From NCBI GenBank assembly GCA_012295275.1, contig CM022678.1:19778001-19842000 (forward strand): a stretch of 64,000 nucleotides of DNA, read 5' to 3'. Position 1 is the stretch's first letter, and each line of letters begins with the position of its first letter. Position numbers and translations under genes: made by a program. This document shows, piece after piece, positions 63,824 to 64,000 of the stretch. Source of the stretch: Chrysomallon squamiferum. Lineage: Eukaryota > Animalia > Mollusca. Under the pieces are notes generated by a model. It was given only the letters and a program-made list of their open reading frames with translations. It searched no databases and was not told the DNA's origin.

Positions 63824-63956
63824 GGCTCCGAGTAGCTTCTGCAACACGAGTTGAACGTAATACTCTCCGTCTTAAACGTGACGTTGACGTAGATGCTGAG
63901 ATCAGGCCTGTATTCGTCGTCGTCTGGTATGAACTTGATCTCTTTTTTCTTTAGAG
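63824..63956 (-). CDS. PEBP-domain protein, internal coding exon (first in window)
   Basis: Acceptor ttttcag|CT at 63957/63956 and donor CC|gtatgt at 63824/63823. 133 nt, phase 1 in and phase 2 out. Reads LKKKEIKFIPDDDEYRPDLSIYVNVTFKTESITFNSCCRSYSEP and splices in frame to the next exon. Confidence 0.85.
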
Positions 63957-64000
63957 CTGAAAAACACTAGCTTCATATTGTTAACGTAAACGTCTGACAT

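Overview
AT-rich, microsatellite-saturated animal genomic DNA, probably a lophotrochozoan such as a mollusc (inferred from gene content and repeat style). Two protein-coding genes are supported, both on the minus strand and both incomplete in the window. (1) Coding exon 1 (35305-35587, 283 nt) of a TASK-type two-pore-domain K+ channel (KCNK3/KCNK9/sup-9 family). It ends at the conserved phase-1 intron inside the first pore motif (TTIG|YG). I could not find exon 2, so 1-35304 is probably one >35 kb intron. (2) The last four coding exons (63824-63956, 63305-63429, 62605-62869, 62192-62441) of an atypical PEBP-domain protein, which is Cys-rich, carries N-glycosylation sequons and has a GPI-signal-like hydrophobic tail. 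Almost all other ORFs in the track are microsatellite artefacts. The non-coding space alternates simple repeats and minisatellites with short CpG-rich islands. These islands are dense in RFX X-boxes, perfect CREs (TGACGTCA), palindromic E-boxes and TAATTA sites, and one holds a canonical CTCF site between the two genes. Other points of interest: a 5-codon uORF whose stop overlaps the channel start codon (ATGA), two orphan promoter-like modules, and pairs of diverged duplicated cassettes about 2.5 kb apart. No prokaryotic-type system, CRISPR array, rRNA or intact transposon is supported. Motif counts were made by eye and are minimum values.
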